Positions 1-12,041 of a stretch of 64,000 nucleotides of DNA are shown here, piece after piece. Source of the DNA: Schizosaccharomyces osmophilus (lineage: Eukaryota). The stretch is from positions 5,456,001-5,520,000 of the forward strand of contig NC_079238.1 in NCBI RefSeq assembly GCF_027921745.1, given 5' to 3'. The notes beneath the pieces were generated by a model. The model was not told the DNA's origin. It ran no database searches and saw nothing but the letters and a program-made list of their open reading frames with translations. Position 1 is the stretch's first letter; the number at the start of each line of letters is the position of its first letter. The position numbers and the translations under genes are program-made.

Positions 1-206
1 ATTAAAGAGTGCTTTTTATTCTTTTGATATTAGAACTGGGAGATCGTTTTTAAAAATAAACAAAACGAATACCAAACGTCAGATATACTGAATAGTTGAT
101 TTGAAATTTATTATTAGAACGGCAATGAGACAAGAATTATAAAAATTATATCAAATTGTATTTATAAAGTCAATGCATTTGCTGAGGGAATTTTGACGAA
201 CTTGGT

Positions 207-1187
207 TTAGAAGAATTGCTTCAAAATCCTTGATTCAACATCCTCTAATAGAGAATTCTTCCCGACGATTTGCACATTTTCGGATTCCAAACGCATCAGC
301 TTGGCAATATCTTGTCCTGGCTGGATAGTTTGCGAAGTAGCAGCTGTTAGAGAAAACCCTGCCATTCCCATTTCATTTTCAGCATTGCTAGCCACTAAAA
401 ATTAGACGTCAGTAAACTATGCACATAATACTTTATTCAACATACTGTTATTCTCTCCAAGTAATAATGCATAGACCGATTTTAACCCGAAGAGATTCAA
501 AAAATACCATGATATAGAAGAAACCCATTGAATACTTAAATCTTGGGTAGCAACTCCAGACTGGAAAATCGATTTAAATTGGTAAGTAAGGGGGAAAGGG
601 AGTTTTACTGTAATGTTAGAACTATCGTTGTTGAAGTAATCGCATATACTGCATAATGTAGAGACATACATATGATAAAGCCAGAAAAGAATTCATTAAT
701 CCAGGTCATTATAATTGTTTGAGGAACCACCATTAACATATTTCCCTTCATAGATTCCATCAGATTTTCTAACGTCTTGTCGTCCATCATAGGATTCAGG
801 TTTTTGGGCGCATTGGGATCGGCAGGCTTCAAGTATTTACCCGACCGTAAAGCGTCTACTAAAAAATCCTTTCTCTTCTCAATAGAATCGGGTAAAAGAA
901 AACATGCATTGTTTCGAAAGGAAAATGCTCTTTGTAACAAGCGTCTAGAGAGTATTAATCACCGGACGAACTTAGGTTCATCTTCAACACACGTACTGTT
1001 CTCGAATTTCTTCTTTTGTTAGTCTTTTAGGAGAAGACTGTAACAGAATTGTGGCATTATGTCTCAAAACTCCAATCAAGATCATAACAAACATAATGGG
1101 TAAAAGAACCCAGTTTCGAAGAGCTAAACCGATTAATATAAAATAAAATGGGAAAAACGCACCTGGATCAAGCAGAAGCTGTTGCAT
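207..1187 (-). CDS. emc3: ER membrane protein complex subunit 3, multi-exon
   Basis: Spliced ORF pieces MQQLLLDP/ALRNWVLLPIMFVMILIGVLRH...VPQTIIMTWINEFFSGFI/KLPFPLT..FKSIFQSGV...WVSSISWYFLNLFGL match Emc3; GT..CTAAC-like..AG introns join them; ATG at 1187, stop at 207. Confidence 0.92.
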
Positions 1188-1770
1188 TTTTCGACCAGAA
1201 TGAAACAAGTCTGTTTCGTGAAGTGAAATGAAATGAAAGTAACCAAAAACAATATGCCACTCTCTAGTAGAAAGTAATTCACAATATTCTAGGATTTTTC
1301 AAAGCAAATCTAAGTCTTTTATAAGAAAACAAAGGAAAACAAGCATTGTTTCAAGAGCCCTTTATAGATTTTTTCAAGAAACCTCTCACTAGATAGCAGG
1401 GCAAAAGCGACCGGCCGCACTCATTTTATGAGTATTATATGAAGGATATTTATTTCTTGATAATTTACATTATCTGGCTAACTTTCTATCCCATCCCATT
1501 ATAGAAGCCAGTATGGATTCCTTCCCACAGGTAAAGTTCAACTTCTTTCTCTCATAAACACAATGCAACGCGAGTTTTTATTGTTACGAACAAATAAGAA
1601 ACGAGTTTTGTTACAAACATTCTATATGTAGATGTGTTTTTTACATTTTCAGATTTTTTCTTAGCAGTTATATACTATTTTTCTTTCAGTTTGAACAAGA
1701 AAGTTGGTTGCTCGGGTGGTATTGTTCAATTAACTGTGAACGGTTCGAATCCTTGTATTCTCAATGAAAG

Positions 1771-1842
1771 TGCGCGGTAGGAGAGTGGAACTCCGACGGG
1801 CTCATAACCCGTAGGTCCCAGGATCGAAACCTGGCCGCGCAA
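1771..1842 (+). tRNA. tRNA-Met initiator (CAU)
   Basis: 72-nt cloverleaf TGCGCGG...CCGCGCAA; anticodon arm ACGGG-CT-CAT-AA-CCCGT; initiator-type T loop GATCGAAAC. Confidence 0.97.
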
Positions 1843-2058
1843 TTATTTTCTTTCTTTTTTTCGATAGCAGAGTCAGATGTTTCAGATACACCTTCGTTTC
1901 TGTCGCATTTTACTTTTCAGTGTCAAAGAAGTACACTTCGTAAAGGTTGCATCCAATCCCCAGTTTCTTTTTATTACCTTTTTGGCATTATAAGTTTCAA
2001 AGTTTAATACTACAAAAGTAAAAATTAAAGCATACAAAGTAAAGCTCAAAAAGAGTAA

Positions 2059-2137
2059 TGAAAGGGGTGGGACTCGAACCCACGAGCTTTCGCACTAGTG
2101 CCTTAAACTAGCTCCATAACCACTCGGACACCCTTCC
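2059..2137 (-). tRNA. tRNA-Leu (AAG)
   Basis: Reverse complement GGAAGGG...CCTTTCA; anticodon arm CTAGT-TT-AAG-GC-ACTAG; extended variable arm; GGTTCGAGTCC. Confidence 0.95.
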
Positions 2138-2412
2138 AACTGTTATTGGTACAAAAGAGCATATTATATTTAGAGTAATGAAGTTAGCTTTGAAAGCGAC
2201 AGAAAGTCGAATTGCATATGACTGCTATCTCAAAGGGAATGAAATGTTCAGAATTCGATTGCTCTATCGGAATTGTATTTGTAAACTAATTGCATTGGAT
2301 CATCCTTCTACACTTTCTTACTTTTATGGGAACGATTTGTTAGATATTTTCAATAAGACTTTCTTAAACGAATGCAATTCAAAGAAATGAGTAAAAAGAA
2401 TAAATATTAAAC

Positions 2413-2991
2413 AAGGAAAAGTGCAAGAAGAGAAAAGCCTACAGAACTCTGAGTACCGATGTTGTCTTCAATCATACATAATAAGAACGATGCCTTCAGG
2501 CGTTCAACTGCATCGTTCTAACGGCTACTGGCCTTGTGATAGCCAGGCATTATTTATGTATAGTCTGAATATCGGAAAGATGTTTAATATTATACATGAT
2601 TGCAGTAATAACTTGTATAATGCAGAATTCCAAGAGTCTGAGGTAGATTTCAATACAAAAAACAAACGGAAATTCTTTCTGTTCGTGAACATTTATTAAC
2701 CACGGTGCGACCTGAGACTTTCCCGTCGATTCGATGCACTATTTCGATCTTGTATATCCTAAAGGGGTTCATTGTTATCTGAAAACTCGTAACGGGATTC
2801 TTGGGATGTAATAAAACCAACGTAATCAGAAAGCTTTCTTTTAAGAAACACTCGCGGCTCAGTCTCATCATAGTTACCACCGTATCCCTCTAGGTATGTT
2901 CTCAAATGGCTGGATTCAAACTATCAATGTCAGAAATAGCTTTAAATTGAGGCAGCCTAGCAGGACGTTCTTGCCCATTGGCAAAAGGAAT
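2413..2991. repeat. Segmental copy of the 41-43 kb locus (degenerate 5S plus 3' end of DUF1773-like pseudogene on the minus strand), without the LTR
   Basis: 2413-2575 is near-identical to 41312-41474; 2571-2991 is near-identical to the reverse complement of about 42625-43045. Confidence 0.93.
2436..2565 (-). pseudogene. Degenerate 5S rRNA copy
   Basis: AGCCTACAG..ATGTTGTCTT..CATA..AACGA.GCCTTCAGGCGTTCAACTGCA aligns with the 5S gene at 51525-51643; the 5' third is very diverged. Confidence 0.7.
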
Positions 2992-3839
2992 GAAAACCCA
3001 AAGGGAGGTTGCATCCTTGATTTATACGCTCAGAGATTCTTGGTATCATTACATGTAAAATGCGCATATTAGAATAACCTATATATTTTACATTGCCGCA
3101 TCTTGATAAAACATGTTTATAAAAGGAAAAGGTGTGGAAGATATTCTTCTAACCCAAGCGAAGTTGGAAGCTTTCTATTGTTTTGATACTCTTCTAATTC
3201 TTTGGATATTTGAAATAATAAATTGAGCGATATAATTGAAAGGGTATTAATAATACAATCAGGATTCAACTTTGACTATTACTTTGAATAAATCTGTTTA
3301 ATTCTGAAAGTCTAATTAGTTGAATCTGGTGTAGTCGCGAATAGGTAAAAAGACATAACGAACTGGCATTAGAAAGTACCTGCGATAACCTCTCAGTTTT
3401 TACTGCCGTATGTAACGCTCATTATTTCCAAGTAAAAAATTGAGTATTACATTAAGAAGTGTGTTCCCGTAGAGTTTCTTTTATGCAGATGACTTACGGC
3501 ACGTATATGTGAAAACTTGGGAAAGCCCACAAAGTATACATTAAGTGTATTATGGAACATGTCCATAGAAGCAATTAATCTCCCATTTGGCAGAATATAA
3601 AAATATTAATAATTTCTATAGGGCATCTCAATCAACCACCTTGGTGTTTCAGACATGCTTGACATGGGACAGATGGATGTAAAAGGGCACAAACTCGTTG
3701 TAGATTTGTTGCTTTCCACAGAGTTTCATATTAATATCTCCAAAGGAAATCAATGTATTGAAGAATGTAAAATTAAAATTCATCAGGACAGTCTATAATC
3801 GTCTGTCGATGTGTAAAAAAAATCAGGTGATTCGGGAAA

Positions 3840-3842
<3 letters not shown>

Positions 3843-3875
<33 letters not shown>
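3843..3875. repeat. (TA)n microsatellite
   Basis: Direct reading of the TA run. Confidence 0.9.
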
Positions 3876-3880
<5 letters not shown>

Positions 3881-3950
3881 AGATATGGGTTAAATAAAGC
3901 ATTCACAATTGTTGGAAAGCCACGATAGAGGGAGAATATTTAAAATGGTA

Positions 3951-4844
3951 CTAAATATTTAAATCGGAAGAAGATAAACTTTTTTCGTCCCGGTCGGAAC
4001 GATCAGCTTGGTAGGTCGGATTTGAGGTGCTTTCGTTCGAACCAGCAAACCTTTTTTGAGTTGCAGGATAAATCGATGGAAGCAAAAAGAAGGATGCTAT
4101 AATCATGGGAATAAAGTCGAAAACACCAAACCATACTTCATGGGTAATGACACTACCGCTCCAACCTCCAGAAAGCTCAATAACGCGGTAGACGGCACGC
4201 ACGAGAATAGCAAGGGTTGCAAAGCATAGACATAAAAAGCAGAAATCTCTGTATCGTGAACGAGGAGTGTCTGGAATGTTGGGACCAGCTCGCACGGGTT
4301 TACCCATGCACACAGCCGCGGCAAACAGTAACCCCAAGATGGAAAACACAACAGTGCTGAAGAGCTGAAAGCAAATTCCACCGAGCATAATGTTTGCACC
4401 AGTGTCCTGTTCAGAAGAACCTTCCTTCGCACCACCGGCAATACCACCACCGGCGGCTTGCAGAATAAGAGCAATAACATCGAAAGAGATGAAAATAATG
4501 GCATACAATCTGGGACTGAGAAGGGAAAAACGAGGTCCGTAAAGCATAACCCAGTGATAAAGCAAAACATACACTTGGGCAGAATAAAAGACCGGTGAAA
4601 TAACCAAAGAAATAATTTGACCTAAAAAGTCTGAATAGTTATTAGGATTGTAATGAGCATGAAGTCGACAAGCCCATCCAGCAACCTCACCAATTGTTCC
4701 AACAATTGGAACAAGAATTAGCAGGTGCCTATATACTACCAACGAAGACACTAAAAGGACAAGGGATATACCGAACAAAACGACAGCGATAATTGCCAAC
4801 CATCCCTCTGGAATATAACCGAATGAATTATCATATGCTGCCAT
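3951..4844 (-). CDS. RTA1-like multi-pass membrane protein
   Basis: Motifs [53 protein letters not shown] and HEVWFGVFD are typical of the RTA1/Rsb1 family. Confidence 0.9.
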   Translation of the reverse strand: MAAYDNSFGYIPEGWLAIIAVVLFGISLVLLVSSLVVYRHLLILVPIVGTIGEVAGWACRLHAHYNPNNYSDFLGQIISLVISPVFYSAQVYVLLYHWVMLYGPRFSLLSPRLYAIIFISFDVIALILQAAGGGIAGGAKEGSSEQDTGANIMLGGICFQLFSTVVFSILGLLFAAAVCMGKPVRAGPNIPDTPRSRYRDFCFLCLCFATLAILVRAVYRVIELSGGWSGSVITHEVWFGVFDFIPMIIASFFLLPSIYPATQKRFAGSNESTSNPTYQADRSDRDEKSLSSSDLNI

Positions 4845-6021
4845 TGTTAAATTGTGTTAAATTGCACACGAAAGGAGAGTAACGTTCAGATGAATTAGAG
4901 AATTAGAAACCAAGAAACAAACTGGTTTTAAAAGATCGACTATGGGTATAAATTATGAATCAGCACTATAATTAAGAGAGGAGATGTTGTTTTTGGAAAG
5001 AATGAGTCCTTGCGAAAAAGGAGAGGATATTTTATAAAGAAAGACTAAGACTGCAGTCAAATTTTGACTGACGACTCGGTTGTAATTAACCGGCAGAGCG
5101 ACGTACTTCTACTTTTAAATCCGTTGTCGACTGGAGACTAAAAGAATGTTATGGAATATCTCCCAAATAAATAAAAGCAGACCAATACCTATACCAATCC
5201 AATCCAATTCAGGAAAACCTTTTCTTCCTTTTCTCTAAAGTTGTAAAAGAAAGAGATCTAATTACCTTAAATAGCGAAAGGCTTTAGGAGACCGAGTGAA
5301 CTCGGTACTCCGCGGATTTTGTGGAATCCACAATCTCTTTGTGCTAGTAATTATCGATAACATCAATCTCGTTTACTTTATTATATTAACACTTTATTGC
5401 GTTATCGAGTACACTTTATATAGTCAAAGCTTTAAAATGGTACCAAATAAGCAGGGACATAAACAACATTATGTGAAGTACTTTATTAGAAAGAGTTTTG
5501 TTTTGTTTTGTTTTATTAATAACTAATGTTCTATAGAAAAGGAACGAAATGAGAATTCAAAAGACTTTGTTTTAAATGCACTCCATTACGGTAATAAACA
5601 GTGGTTACGCAGAACAATACTTATCCTACAAGTTCTTCAAGAGGAAAGCGGATTCGATCTCTTCTTACACCTTGCTAGAAACATTTTTATTCAGTTGCTT
5701 TCACTCTTATGATTACTAATGTGTATGTGGGAACGTGTAGAGGATGAACTTGTTAGATGATGCTCACAACATCATCACCCACTGTCATAATTGGAAGCAC
5801 GAAGTTATGCTGCTCTTTTTACTTCCTTGAATCAAATCTCTTCGTTTTTGCTTAGCAGTAGTAATCTGTTTATCGGATTTTGCACTTTGCTATCGCGGCT
5901 ATAACGTATACTTGCTATCTAGGTGGATCAGAGAAAAGACGCACATTGAATTTGTATTTAATATTATCTTTGCACTTTACTTTTCTGGTTTTTTACATTT
6001 CACTTTGCTTGGTGCTTCAAT

Positions 6022-6834
6022 ATGTCAGTTCGAGTTTGTTGCGTTCAGATGGCTCCAGAAGTAGGAGATGTAAAAGGGAACGTGAAGAGAATGTCTGAAT
6101 ATGTCGACGAAGTTATGAGCAAAGAAGCCGTCGACATGATCGTTTTTCCAGAGCTGGTTACTTCGGGGTACGAATGTGGGGATATGTTTATTGATCTAGC
6201 AGAATACGTTGAAACCAGTGACACCATTCATTTTATGTGTAAAGTTGCAAAGAAGTATGCTGTGCATGTTGTGTTTGGGTTCCCTGAACGAAGAAGTCGA
6301 GAAAAAAAAGAAGTATTCAACTCATGTGTATACATTGACTCGGATGGACATGTTTGTGGAACCTACCAAAAGATGCACTTATTTGGGCAAGAACAAAACT
6401 ATTTTTCCCATGGCACAAAATTTCCCATCTTCAATACTCCGTTTGGTAAAATGGGACTTTTGATTTGCTGGGATACTGCATTCCCAGAGGCGGCTCGAAT
6501 GTACTCGTTACAAGGAGCAGACTTTTTGATCGTAAGTTCCAACTGGGAGAAACCCTATCAAGATGATTGGGATTTGGTGGTGAGTGCTAGAGCCCTAGAT
6601 AATTGTATCCCGATTGCAGCGGCAAACCGTGTAGGCAAAGACAAAACACTTGGGTTTTTTGGCCATAGTAGAATAGTTGGTCCCACCGGTAAGGTCATTA
6701 GAAGCCTTGACCAAGATGTTGAGGGGTATATTACTGCTGATCTGGATTTAAACCAATCCAAGCGTCTTCGACAAGAGTATTATACATTCTTTCGTGATCG
6801 AAAACCTCAGTTGTATACGGAACTAACAAACTAA
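6022..6834 (+). CDS. Nitrilase-superfamily carbon-nitrogen hydrolase
   Basis: E-K-C triad contexts: VFPELVTSGY, YQKMHLF, LICWDTAFPE. Confidence 0.93.
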   Translation: MSVRVCCVQMAPEVGDVKGNVKRMSEYVDEVMSKEAVDMIVFPELVTSGYECGDMFIDLAEYVETSDTIHFMCKVAKKYAVHVVFGFPERRSREKKEVFNSCVYIDSDGHVCGTYQKMHLFGQEQNYFSHGTKFPIFNTPFGKMGLLICWDTAFPEAARMYSLQGADFLIVSSNWEKPYQDDWDLVVSARALDNCIPIAAANRVGKDKTLGFFGHSRIVGPTGKVIRSLDQDVEGYITADLDLNQSKRLRQEYYTFFRDRKPQLYTELTN

Positions 6835-6996
6835 CTTATGTGGAAAGTGTCATATAAATGAATTTATTATCCTGCCTGATCTTTAACGTTTCCTAAAAAT
6901 AAACAAAAAGTCAAAGTTTACTTTTGCTTGTATAATCAGGCCTTTTTTTACATTTTTTCCGCTATATTCTTTTTATTTCATCTGTCTAATAACTGT

Positions 6997-7069
6997 GCTC
7001 CCGTGGCCTAATGGCTAGGGCATTTGACTTCTAATCAAGGGACTGCGGGTTCGAGTCCCGCCGGGAGCT
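6997..7069 (+). tRNA. tRNA-Arg (UCU)
   Basis: GCTCCCG...CGGGAGCT; anticodon arm TTGA-CT-TCT-AA-TCAA; GGTTCGAGTCC. Confidence 0.95.
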
Positions 7070-7419
7070 TCTTTTTGGCAAACATAGTTCGTCAATTTTT
7101 GGTACTTTTTTTAAAATTAAAACGGGTTTTAGATGCAGCAAGAAGCAACAGCGTTGTTTGACGAAAAGGCTCAATTCTAATAGTGCCGAAATGAATAACT
7201 TTGTTTGTCATTTCTCTTGTAGGTTTGTTTCAGTAAGACATTTATTGTTCTATAAGCGTTACGAAAGATTAGACAGATTCTCGTATGTCTTATTGATACA
7301 AAAGAAAGAACTGCTGGTTTCTTTCTCAAATGATCATTCATACTTTATAACTGGAAAAATAAATTCCAACATAAACAAAAAGTGGAAAGGACCCAACGTC
7401 ATTTATATATAAAAAGAAA

Positions 7420-7911
7420 CTAATCCCAGAAATGATGGTGCGGGATGGCAGCTTCATCTTCGAGAAATGGACCCAGCACCTCAATGGGGCGAGATGCAGT
7501 CTTTGCTATTTCTTTATTACTTATCTTCAAATAAGCATTTTTTGGATTCGAGTGTGCCATTTTGATCAAACTCGCATTGGAAAGACCAAATACTATACGT
7601 CCTATGCCTGACCAAAAAATGGCTCCGGAACACATTGCACAAGGTTCCGTACTCGAGTAAAGCGTACAGTTCAACAAGCTTTCAGCACCTCTTGATCTCG
7701 TAATTGTACTTACTGCACGAAGTTCAGCATGTTGAGTTACATCCTCTGAAGGTACCCGGTTTTCAGCTATAGCCACCACCCTGTCATGTTCGTCAACAAT
7801 AACACACCCAAAAGGATGTTGGCCATGTTTCCTTGCTTCTCCAGAGACTTCAATTGCTTGGCGAAGATAGTTCACATCATTCTCTGAGAGTATATCTGCG
7901 TTTGAACCCAT
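7420..7911 (-). CDS. Zn-dependent cytosine/nucleobase deaminase
   Basis: HPFGCVIV, HAE and EPCAMC motifs; likely ATG (MGSNADIL) at 7911. Confidence 0.9.
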   Translation of the reverse strand: MGSNADILSENDVNYLRQAIEVSGEARKHGQHPFGCVIVDEHDRVVAIAENRVPSEDVTQHAELRAVSTITRSRGAESLLNCTLYSSTEPCAMCSGAIFWSGIGRIVFGLSNASLIKMAHSNPKNAYLKISNKEIAKTASRPIEVLGPFLEDEAAIPHHHFWD

Positions 7912-8362
7912 ATCTGAATCTTTTGAAATTCTTAAAAAGTATATAGCTTTTAAACTGTATATTAAAGAATTGTAGCCTTCTAATGTAGTCAATCTTCCCT
8001 CTTCCGTATATGAGGAGTGTTTCAGCCAAGCTGCTCTTTCATCAGGTGGTTACTGCTATCAGTGTGCATACTCTGTATACATTCTTGTCAGTCACCGTAC
8101 GTGGTTAATATAATTATTATTAATATTAATATCAACGAAACAACTGGTTGATCAATATATTAAATTGTAAATATTGAACATATATATATTGTGAAGAATT
8201 ACCCAAAAAGCAAACAACCACATTGAGACTAGACGTCTTGATTTATGAAAGGGGAATAGAGACAAGGAACAAATCAACAATTCAAAGAAACTGATAGCTT
8301 TTTGGCAGGGAAAAAATGGAAAACACTTGAATAAATAACATATATGATACGACAAAACCACA

Positions 8363-9925
8363 TTAAACTTCAACGTTCTTTTCATTTCGCTCAGCCAAAG
8401 CCTCTTGTGTAATAGCGAGTCGACTATGTCTGCGGAGGATATGACCAAAAAAGTAAACAACGTAGATTAACAAAACAAGTGAAAGGCTAATAAAACCCAA
8501 AGTAGCCATTGCCCAAGTTGTCGTCATGTTGTTAAACATAATAGCACCGAGGTGAACAAGGACAGCTGCTAGGGTAAAACTAGGGAGAGTAAAAGCAGCG
8601 ACGGCAGAGCCGGCCACCGAAGGGTATGAATCAGTTACATAGTTCAGCATAGCTAACCAAAGCTGAGGATCACCAACAGCAATAAAACCACCAGCAATTA
8701 AAGGGGAAACCCAAGATATGTTTCCGCTAGAAGTAAATGCAAACCAAAAAAGTCCAAGAGGGAAGAACCAAACAGTAACTAGGGAAATCAAGAATCGAGC
8801 TTCGGGACGATCAATGCCGCCATTCTTCTTTTTATCACGTCGATAAAGCCAATCTTGGATAGGTTGCATCATAACGACTATTGTTACACCCACCAAAAAG
8901 TTGAGGAATGTTTCGTTTGCATGCATATAAGACATGTCGTAGTTATTTTTGAAGACAGGAAACAGACCATCAAGATACAAAAAATTAATACCGTAAGCAA
9001 ATCCATTATACAAACCCAAAGCCATAATAATTGGTTCGGTGACGAAAATTCGAGCAGCCATGGTAAATGCAAACTTGGCACGTGTCACAGCTGATTTTGC
9101 TTTTGCAAGAGTAGAAATTTGTACGTTGGTCTGTTCAGTTTTCTTTGCATAATTCATAACATTACTCGCAGGTAATGTTTCAGGTACGAGGATGCAAAGG
9201 ATAATTAGGAAACCACCGACAATCATGTTCATCCAATAAAACCATCTCCAGTTCTTTTCAGCCAGTGCTTCACCAATTGGTGATCCAATGGATGCACCGG
9301 CATTCGCACCCCAGACAAACAATGCCATACCTAGACCAACAGTTTCTTTTGTGAATACATCGCACATGCTACTAGCAACATTTGCCACAGCAGCGCTTCC
9401 ACAGATTCCAGCAATTGCGCTGTTGATAACCATCATGGGGAGATTATAAGCCAAAGCTTGAGGAATTTGGAAAATTATGTAAAATGTAACAGAGATCACA
9501 TATACCCATTTCCGACCAAGGATATCCGACATAGGACCCAAGATCATTGGTCCAAATGCATTTCCTAGAATAAAGAGACTTTGAACTAGATTGGAAGCCT
9601 GTGCACTACAATGCCATTCTTCTTGAAAATAGGTCACAAAGTTAATCACAGCAGTACTGGACCAAATGATATATGTTTCTAGCAAGGTGTAAGTGATTGC
9701 CACAAACCATTTTTTCCATGCAGGCCAATGATGGGGATGTGCTGGATGATTTGCATCGATGGACATCAAAGCCGTCGCGACATTCCATTCATCCAAATGT
9801 TCTACCGATCCTTCTGAAAGCTTGTCGTGAATGACAGGAGAGGCAGACCGTTGGACGGATTTTTTGTCTTCTGGTCCATCCATCAAACTAGTATCATTTA
9901 TAGCATTTTCCGATGAAGCATCCAT
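8363..9925 (-). CDS. MFS transporter, DHA1 family
   Basis: P..WPAWKKW, GPMSDILGRK, WRWFYW and PEARF motifs; about 12 hydrophobic segments. Confidence 0.92.
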   Translation of the reverse strand: MDASSENAINDTSLMDGPEDKKSVQRSASPVIHDKLSEGSVEHLDEWNVATALMSIDANHPAHPHHWPAWKKWFVAITYTLLETYIIWSSTAVINFVTYFQEEWHCSAQASNLVQSLFILGNAFGPMILGPMSDILGRKWVYVISVTFYIIFQIPQALAYNLPMMVINSAIAGICGSAAVANVASSMCDVFTKETVGLGMALFVWGANAGASIGSPIGEALAEKNWRWFYWMNMIVGGFLIILCILVPETLPASNVMNYAKKTEQTNVQISTLAKAKSAVTRAKFAFTMAARIFVTEPIIMALGLYNGFAYGINFLYLDGLFPVFKNNYDMSYMHANETFLNFLVGVTIVVMMQPIQDWLYRRDKKKNGGIDRPEARFLISLVTVWFFPLGLFWFAFTSSGNISWVSPLIAGGFIAVGDPQLWLAMLNYVTDSYPSVAGSAVAAFTLPSFTLAAVLVHLGAIMFNNMTTTWAMATLGFISLSLVLLIYVVYFFGHILRRHSRLAITQEALAERNEKNVEV

Positions 9926-11206
9926 ATTGATTAAACTTTTTTTCTTTTCCCTTTTAGCTGATCAAAACCGATGGATTTTACCCTTTATTTGAATTTTTGG
10001 ATAAGCTTGGAAAATTGCAAACTGATCCAAATTTGGAGTCGTGAAGTTGCCACGACAATTCACCTTGTTTTATTAGAATTTAAAAACAGGCCTTGTTTTG
10101 AAAAAATTATACGCAATAAAGCTGAATGGTGTTTGGTAGAAAACAACCTCCAAACGCTCTGTTCTAACCCTGCCCTGTCACTGTCCAGTCAGCCTTGGTT
10201 CATTCCGACGGCCTTTTGATAAAGCGAAGTGACATTTATCAATTCAGCCATTCAATGGTCCTATAGAATAAACTCAAGACGAAGCGCAAACAAACAGTCC
10301 AAGGTGAACGAACCGAAATTGGTTTTTGGCCTAAAAGGAAAGGAAAATTTATTTTCAGGTAACAAAAATTATTGCATTGCTACCTGTCCTTTTATTTTTT
10401 TTTTTTTTTTTTGGGTATAAACAGGAATTCATCTCATGTTTTATTGTCTCTAATTTAAAAAGGAAAAGGGTTTTTGCGGTTTAAAAATTAAAAAAAAAAT
10501 AGTTTGCGTTGATTGTTTCTGCTGATCGCGTCTACAATTCCCAATGGACCTATGTGAGCCGAATTAAAATCTGGTACTTTGTTGTAGTTTGTTGTCTGCA
10601 ATGAATATATAAGGATAGCTTAGAAGAACGGTATTTGAGAGTTATTTCTTGAGCTTCTCGATATCTCTTTTGCTTTGACTTGGAACATGGGGACACGGGA
10701 ACAAGAAAGCATGCGGATTGTCAGAGAGTAGCTAGCATGTCATATAGAGGCCTCTAAAATAGAATCAGCTCCTTTGTGATTTCCTTTAGATATTCTTCGC
10801 GTCCAAGTATACTTCCATAAAATTGTAAACGACCTTTTCAAGTTTTTGCCAATCTCCAGAAAGAGTAAAATAATCCTCATACATAGCAAACGTGAATTAC
10901 AGACATTAAGGTGAATGGGAGGAGTTCAATCCAGAATGCTTCCAGAGAAAGCAAGCGAACCTTTTCAACCACTAATTTCTTTGTTCCCTTTTTCTATTTG
11001 TTTTCTCTTTCATAATTCCTTAAAATGCATTAAGCTTAGATAGACTCTACTCTATGCTTATGTCCAGGTCTACTTATAGATTTTATAGTCTGACTTCATC
11101 CGGTTATCTGATCCTTTGTTCGGGTATATATGTGCATAATTTCTCCATCGTTGCTTTTAAAACCTTTATTTTCTAACCAACACCAAAACGAAAACGAAAT
11201 TCAACC

Positions 11207-12041
11207 ATGCCAACTCTAGAAAACCCCGTTCAGACGAAGCGAAGCTTCAAAACAAAAGAGTACCAAAAGATGATCCAAGGAGAATTGTAAGTAGATGATG
11301 CAAAGAAAAAAAAACAAAGACCCATGAAGAAAGTTGGATTTGAAACTTGTTATTCCTAGCTCCTTTGTTCTCCATTTTTGCTTATAAGCGTTACTAACAC
11401 TTATTGCTGGATAGATATTATGCTCCTGATGCAGAACTCGATGAAGCAAGAGAATTTGCCAAAGCGGTCGCACGTCAATACAACGACACCCTTGGAAATC
11501 CAAAAAAGCTTAGTAATGACGAGTTGAAAAAATATAGAGCAGCCATCTTATCCCAAGTGATGTCGTTTGAAGATGACGGTTCTTCTGTGTATATGGAACC
11601 TCCTATAAATCTCGATTACGGTCTCCATATTCACATTGGGAAAAATTTTTATGCCAACAACAATTGTAATTATCTCGATGTTGCTCCCATTACCATTGGA
11701 GACAATGTTTTATTTGGTCCTGGTGTATGCACCCACAAGCTTTAGCTCTACTACTACTTTTCACCCGCCTTCATGCTAACGTTTTCTTGCTTTAGGTACA
11801 ATTATGCACAGCTACTCATCCGTTGGACATCGCAACCCGAAACAGTGCACAGGAACTTGCGAAACCTATCAAGGTCGGTAATAACGTTTGGATAGGTCTG
11901 AGTGCCGTTATTTTACCAGGCGTCACGCTTGGCGATGGCTGTGTTATCGGCGCAGGCTCCGTCGTTACGAAGGATATTCCTCCCAATACAGTAGCAGTTG
12001 GTTCGCCTGCTCGTGTCGTCAAGGAAATTGACCAAAAATGA
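11207..12041 (+). CDS. Maltose/galactoside O-acetyltransferase-like hexapeptide-repeat protein, 3 exons
   Basis: [20 protein letters not shown]...[49 protein letters not shown]...[24 protein letters not shown]; introns about 11287-11414 and 11724-11795. Confidence 0.88.

Noticed and set aside
2421..2880. Duplicated ORFs MQEEKSLQN... (2421, 41320) and MVTMMRLSR... (2650, 42736)
   Set aside because: They are antisense readings of degenerate 5S and off-frame readings of the DUF1773-like pseudogene; their similarity only reflects the DNA duplication.
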